Of a stretch of 64,000 nt of DNA, positions 59,610-64,000 are shown piece by piece. A model generated the notes under the pieces. The model ran no database searches. It saw only the letters and a list, made by a program, of their open reading frames with translations, and had not been told where the DNA came from. Every line of letters begins with the position of its first letter. Within the stretch, counting starts at the first letter, position 1. A program made the position numbers and the translations under genes. Location: the NCBI RefSeq assembly GCF_009914755.1, contig NC_060931.1. One strand, 5' to 3'. The stretch is from the human T2T-CHM13v2.0 reference genome, Homo sapiens.

Positions 59610-59930
59610 AGCCGGGCACAGTGGCCCATGCCTGTAATTTCAGCACTTTGGGAGGCTGAGGTGGGTGGATCATGAGGTCAGGAGATCGAGATCATCCTGG
59701 CTAACATGGTGAAACTCCATCTCTACTAAAAATACAAAAAATTAGGCAGGCGTGGTGGCACGCTCCTGTAGTCCCAGCTGCTCAGGAGGCTGAGGCAGGA
59801 GACTCGCTTGAACCTGGGAGGTGGAGGTTGCAGTGAGCTGAGATCATGCCACTGAGCCGAGATCATGCCACTGCACTCCAGCCTGGACAACAGAGCAAGG
59901 CTCTGTCTCAACAACAACAACAACAACAAC
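59610..59930 (+). mobile_element. Alu with a 19-bp internal tandem duplication
   Basis: TSD AAAAG(G/C)TCTAAATC at 59596-59609 and 59931-59944; (CAA)n tail. Confidence 0.95.
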
Positions 59931-62153
59931 AAAAGCTCTAAATCTTAGATTCTTTATGAAAAGGTTCCAACAAAACCAATTTAAAAACAACAACAACAAA
60001 AAGAGCGAGAGAGCAAACCTATATGGCAAATGATTATTCTTGCTGCACTTTATCCAAATAATCAAGCCAATCATAATAGAACTAAAACTTATTTTACAAA
60101 TAAATTGGCCCTATTATAATCTTGTATTTAATACAATTGGGGAACTGGAAAGAGAAAAATTATGTTTCAAAATAAACTATAGTACATCTGTAATTAGAGT
60201 CTAGCCTTGCCTAATGTTTGTCTGTTTTTATTATTTTCTACAATTTGGGCTGAATTCTAAAATTTTTCCTGGCTACAATTCTGGAAAATAATGTTGTCAG
60301 TTTTTTTTCCTTCTTTCTTTTCCTTTTTAATCGTGATTTGAAATCACTAAATATTAAGCTATGCTTTTCTTAAAGCCCTGTAAACTGAAGCTAGACAACG
60401 TCAACTTTGGAAGAAAATAACAGGAACCTATTTATATACGTAAATCACTTTCATACCTGCCTACTGACATAGGGACTTCAGAGTAATACGGTTTATGTCA
60501 GTTTTCCAGGATTGTTCTCCCTTTATTTTTGTTTGTTTGTTTGTTTGTTTCTCTCTCTCTTCCTCCACCTATTTTTTTCCTTCATGGGTCATGAGACTTT
60601 ACAACCTGCTAAAAATGAGCTTTCCTAACCACGTGGGACCTGTCTAGAAATAAACTGTCTTAGTCACAAGAGACCAGACAAAACCCCAAGACTAGAGACG
60701 CATTTTCTTCTAAAATGCATTTTCTGAAGACTTTTTTTAAAAGGGGAGGGGAAGAAATGTGAACGGAAAATAAAAACTTGGTGCCTCAATTTACTATGCC
60801 AAAGGAAAAAAAATAAGCTGGACGCTTTCATGCAAGAAGATACCCTTCCTTTTGTTCCTAAGCAGAAAGCTACAGATAAAAGGTTAAATATCTCTACAGG
60901 TAGCTACTCTATGCTCACCTTATCTTATATAAAGAGCTGATTTACTGGGCGTGAGACAAATATATCATTGACTATTCCTCTACCTGCTCCTTTTCTCTCA
61001 CAACACGTGGATTCAGTAATGTGACCTTACCCTCCCTCTTTCCCCTCCAGCTTGCCCTCCCCTTTAAATACTGCCGGCCTCAAAATCATCTTTGGGGAAA
61101 GGCACAAAGCACACCCTGTTTCTGTGATTCCATGTTTATTCTTCCAGGAATGTCCCTAAGCTTAGCAAAATAAAACATCTGAATTGATTGAGACCTGTCT
61201 CAGATACTTTTTGGTTAACAGGCCCTAATCCAATGTGACTGGTGTCCTTATAAGAAGAGAAAATTTGGACACAGGTAAACAGAAGGAAGACCATGTGAGG
61301 ACAGGGAGAAGACAGCCATCTGCAAGCCCAGGAGAGAAGCCTCAGAAGAAACCAGCCTGCTGATGGCTTTATCTCAGACCTCTGGCCTCTAGGACTGAGA
61401 TAAATCATCTCTTGTTTAAGCCGCTTGTCCATGGCACTTTGTTAAGCCAGCCCTAGCCAACTAATGCAGGCACAGTGCCCCCAAACAGTAAAGATCAGCA
61501 ATTTCTGTGTTAAAACACAAATCTTTCAAAGATCAGATTTCATCTATCAACATTCATGCCATTTTTATAGTGTCATGGGACAAAACCTTGGGTTTTGGAG
61601 AGATCTGATTTTTCCAGGTACACAGCATCTCACCAAATTCTTTGACTCTTGTTCTGTCGAGAACGCACCGGCTCAGGAGAGAAAGAGCACATTCTCTATT
61701 GCAATTTAAAAACATATTTTGTAGCCTTTCAAGCCCATAGGAAGGTAAGAGGTTCCTCAAGTATTGCAACCACCCTGCCCCACCACTGTCGCCCACTCCA
61801 GAGGATGGGAACTAACCCCATCACCCTTCTCTTGTGGCAGACTTCCAGACACCGCAGGCCTCTCTTGTGTCTTAGGGCTTACGTTTAATTCCTTCTACAA
61901 GGAAATTTTCCAAATGGCCTTTTCCAAATGGCCTGGCCTCATCCCTGTGTGTCCTGTGTCTCTTCCCTACATCACCTCCACTTTGTCAAATTTCCCCTCA
62001 CAGGCTGGTGGCTGAACTGAACCCCGAGCGCCGGGGAAGAGTTGTCCGGGAGAGATGAGCGCACAGCCGCCAACTTGCTGGCATCAGCTCTGCAGCGTCT
62101 GCGGCAGCCTCGGGGCATCAGCTCTGCGGCAGGCACTCCACGTCCCGAAAGGC

Positions 62154-62226
62154 TCAACTCCTTCTCACCACCGCACTGACTAAGCAGGTTTTCTTCAGCC
62201 TTAACATACGCACTGGTTGTCTGGAC
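62154..62226 (-). CDS. DDC: Alternative terminal exon of DDC (alt-DDC, 338-aa isoform C-terminus)
   Basis: cctgccctcag|G TCC AGA CAA... in phase 2 (same as exon 10) encodes (W)SRQPVRMLRLKKTCLVSAVVRRS*, matching the alt-DDC C-terminus as recalled. Candidate ATTAAA at 61889-61884. Confidence 0.85.
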
Positions 62227-63446
62227 CTGAGGGCAGGACGCCGCATTCATTACACTCCTTCTTATCGTGTGTCAATATTTGCCTCCAAGATTAGGGACCC
62301 AAAATATTTCTGGTCCCTGACCGCTTCAGTTTCCTCATCTGTAAAGAGAGCGTGGCAATGTCTGTGTCCCTCAACACAGGGCTGTCGTGGGGGTCCAGAG
62401 AGCTACGAGAGGTTAGGGACTTAGAAGGGAGCCTGGATGTACCTATCCGCAGTCACTAAACAGCCTTGCTGATATCACTGTTCTATCCAGGCATTGAGGA
62501 CGGCCTCAGGGCGCACGAGAACCCCTCCTCCGGACAGCCCATCAGCCCTGCCCTGCTCAAGGGTGGTTCTAGGGCTTCCTTTGTGGAAGGCATCTGAGGA
62601 CGCCTGCCCCTTGCAAAACAAAAGCATGTAGGGAGAGCCACTTGTTCCCGCCAGAGCCTGTGGATGCTCTGCCTGGTCCTTCCGAACTCCAGCCACCTTA
62701 GAGGATTTTCCCCACTGACCAAAAACCTCAGCAGAGCGGATTTACATTTCAATCAAAATTACCCCTCGAATAAAGGGACCTCTGGCACACGGTGCAAACT
62801 GTCCTCACTGTGTTCCACCTTGGGTGAAACAGAAAAACACAACCACAAGAATACAAAAGAATACTCACATTCATAACGGCCATGTCTTTCATAAATACTT
62901 ATTTCAGACAAAATTAAGTCTGAAATGCCCACATACCAACTGGTTTTAAAATTATATAGCAGAAGTTTGGGGAAAAAGACTGACAAAAAATAATTTGATT
63001 TGTATACAAGTAAAGGACTAGAAATGTGGTTAGCCTTAAAAAAAAAACCAGGAAAAGGTCAAACGGATATTTTGGTAACCTTGAGAGCTGACATTAGTTG
63101 TTTTGTATAAAAGCTGCTTTCCTCATGCTTAGGAGGAAAGTGAAAAGTTATTCACTTAATTACATACTGAACAATTTTGCAAAGCCTTCTGAATATTTGG
63201 AAAATTTTGCAGTTTTGCATACTGTACAAAATTCATGCAAATCCTCCTGGCCCTATGATCAATCAATCAACTTCTTACTTTAAAACTTTAGAGAAACTAG
63301 TTTCTAGTGTCCCTGTATCACTGCCCATCATCATTATTTCTTTAAACATTGTGTAGGTGGTGTAATATCACCCACTTTAATGCTTTAGTTCTTTTTCTTA
63401 TTCTAAATATCACCAAGGTATTATCATGCTGTTATTAAGAATTTCC

Positions 63447-63855
<409 letters not shown>

Positions 63856-63895
63856 TTAGGAAACATGGTTACTATTATTTTTCCTTCGCGAATAC

Positions 63896-64000
<105 letters not shown>

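Overview
Human (primate) genomic DNA, recognisable as 7p12.2. It contains the complete FIGNL1 gene on the - strand: a CpG-island promoter at about 19.1-20.2 kb, three non-coding 5' exons, and a single-exon CDS at 14478-16502 encoding a 674-aa AAA+ ATPase. Upstream of it, also on the - strand, is the 3' half of DDC (aromatic L-amino-acid decarboxylase): exons 10-15 plus the alternative terminal exon in intron 9 (alt-DDC). The rest is repeat-rich, with about 18 Alus, a full-length SVA next to the last DDC acceptor, MaLR/MER21/MER67 LTRs, a MER4-type provirus nested in an MLT1A, old L1, MIR, MER3/5/33 elements and a U6 retrocopy. No CRISPR or prokaryotic system is present. The best candidates for something undescribed are: (1) a heavily decayed leucine-rich-repeat-like coding fossil downstream of FIGNL1 (about 3.4-5.1 kb, - strand) with possible companion exons; (2) an 86-codon upstream ORF assembled from two MIR-derived FIGNL1 5'UTR exons that overlaps the main ATG, and that stops 1 nt before it if exon 3 is skipped; (3) the SVA sitting at the branch-point region of the DDC terminal exon; (4) a 34-bp E-box-bearing minisatellite in the FIGNL1 promoter. 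All annotation was done by eye, so repeat subfamily names and boundaries are approximate.
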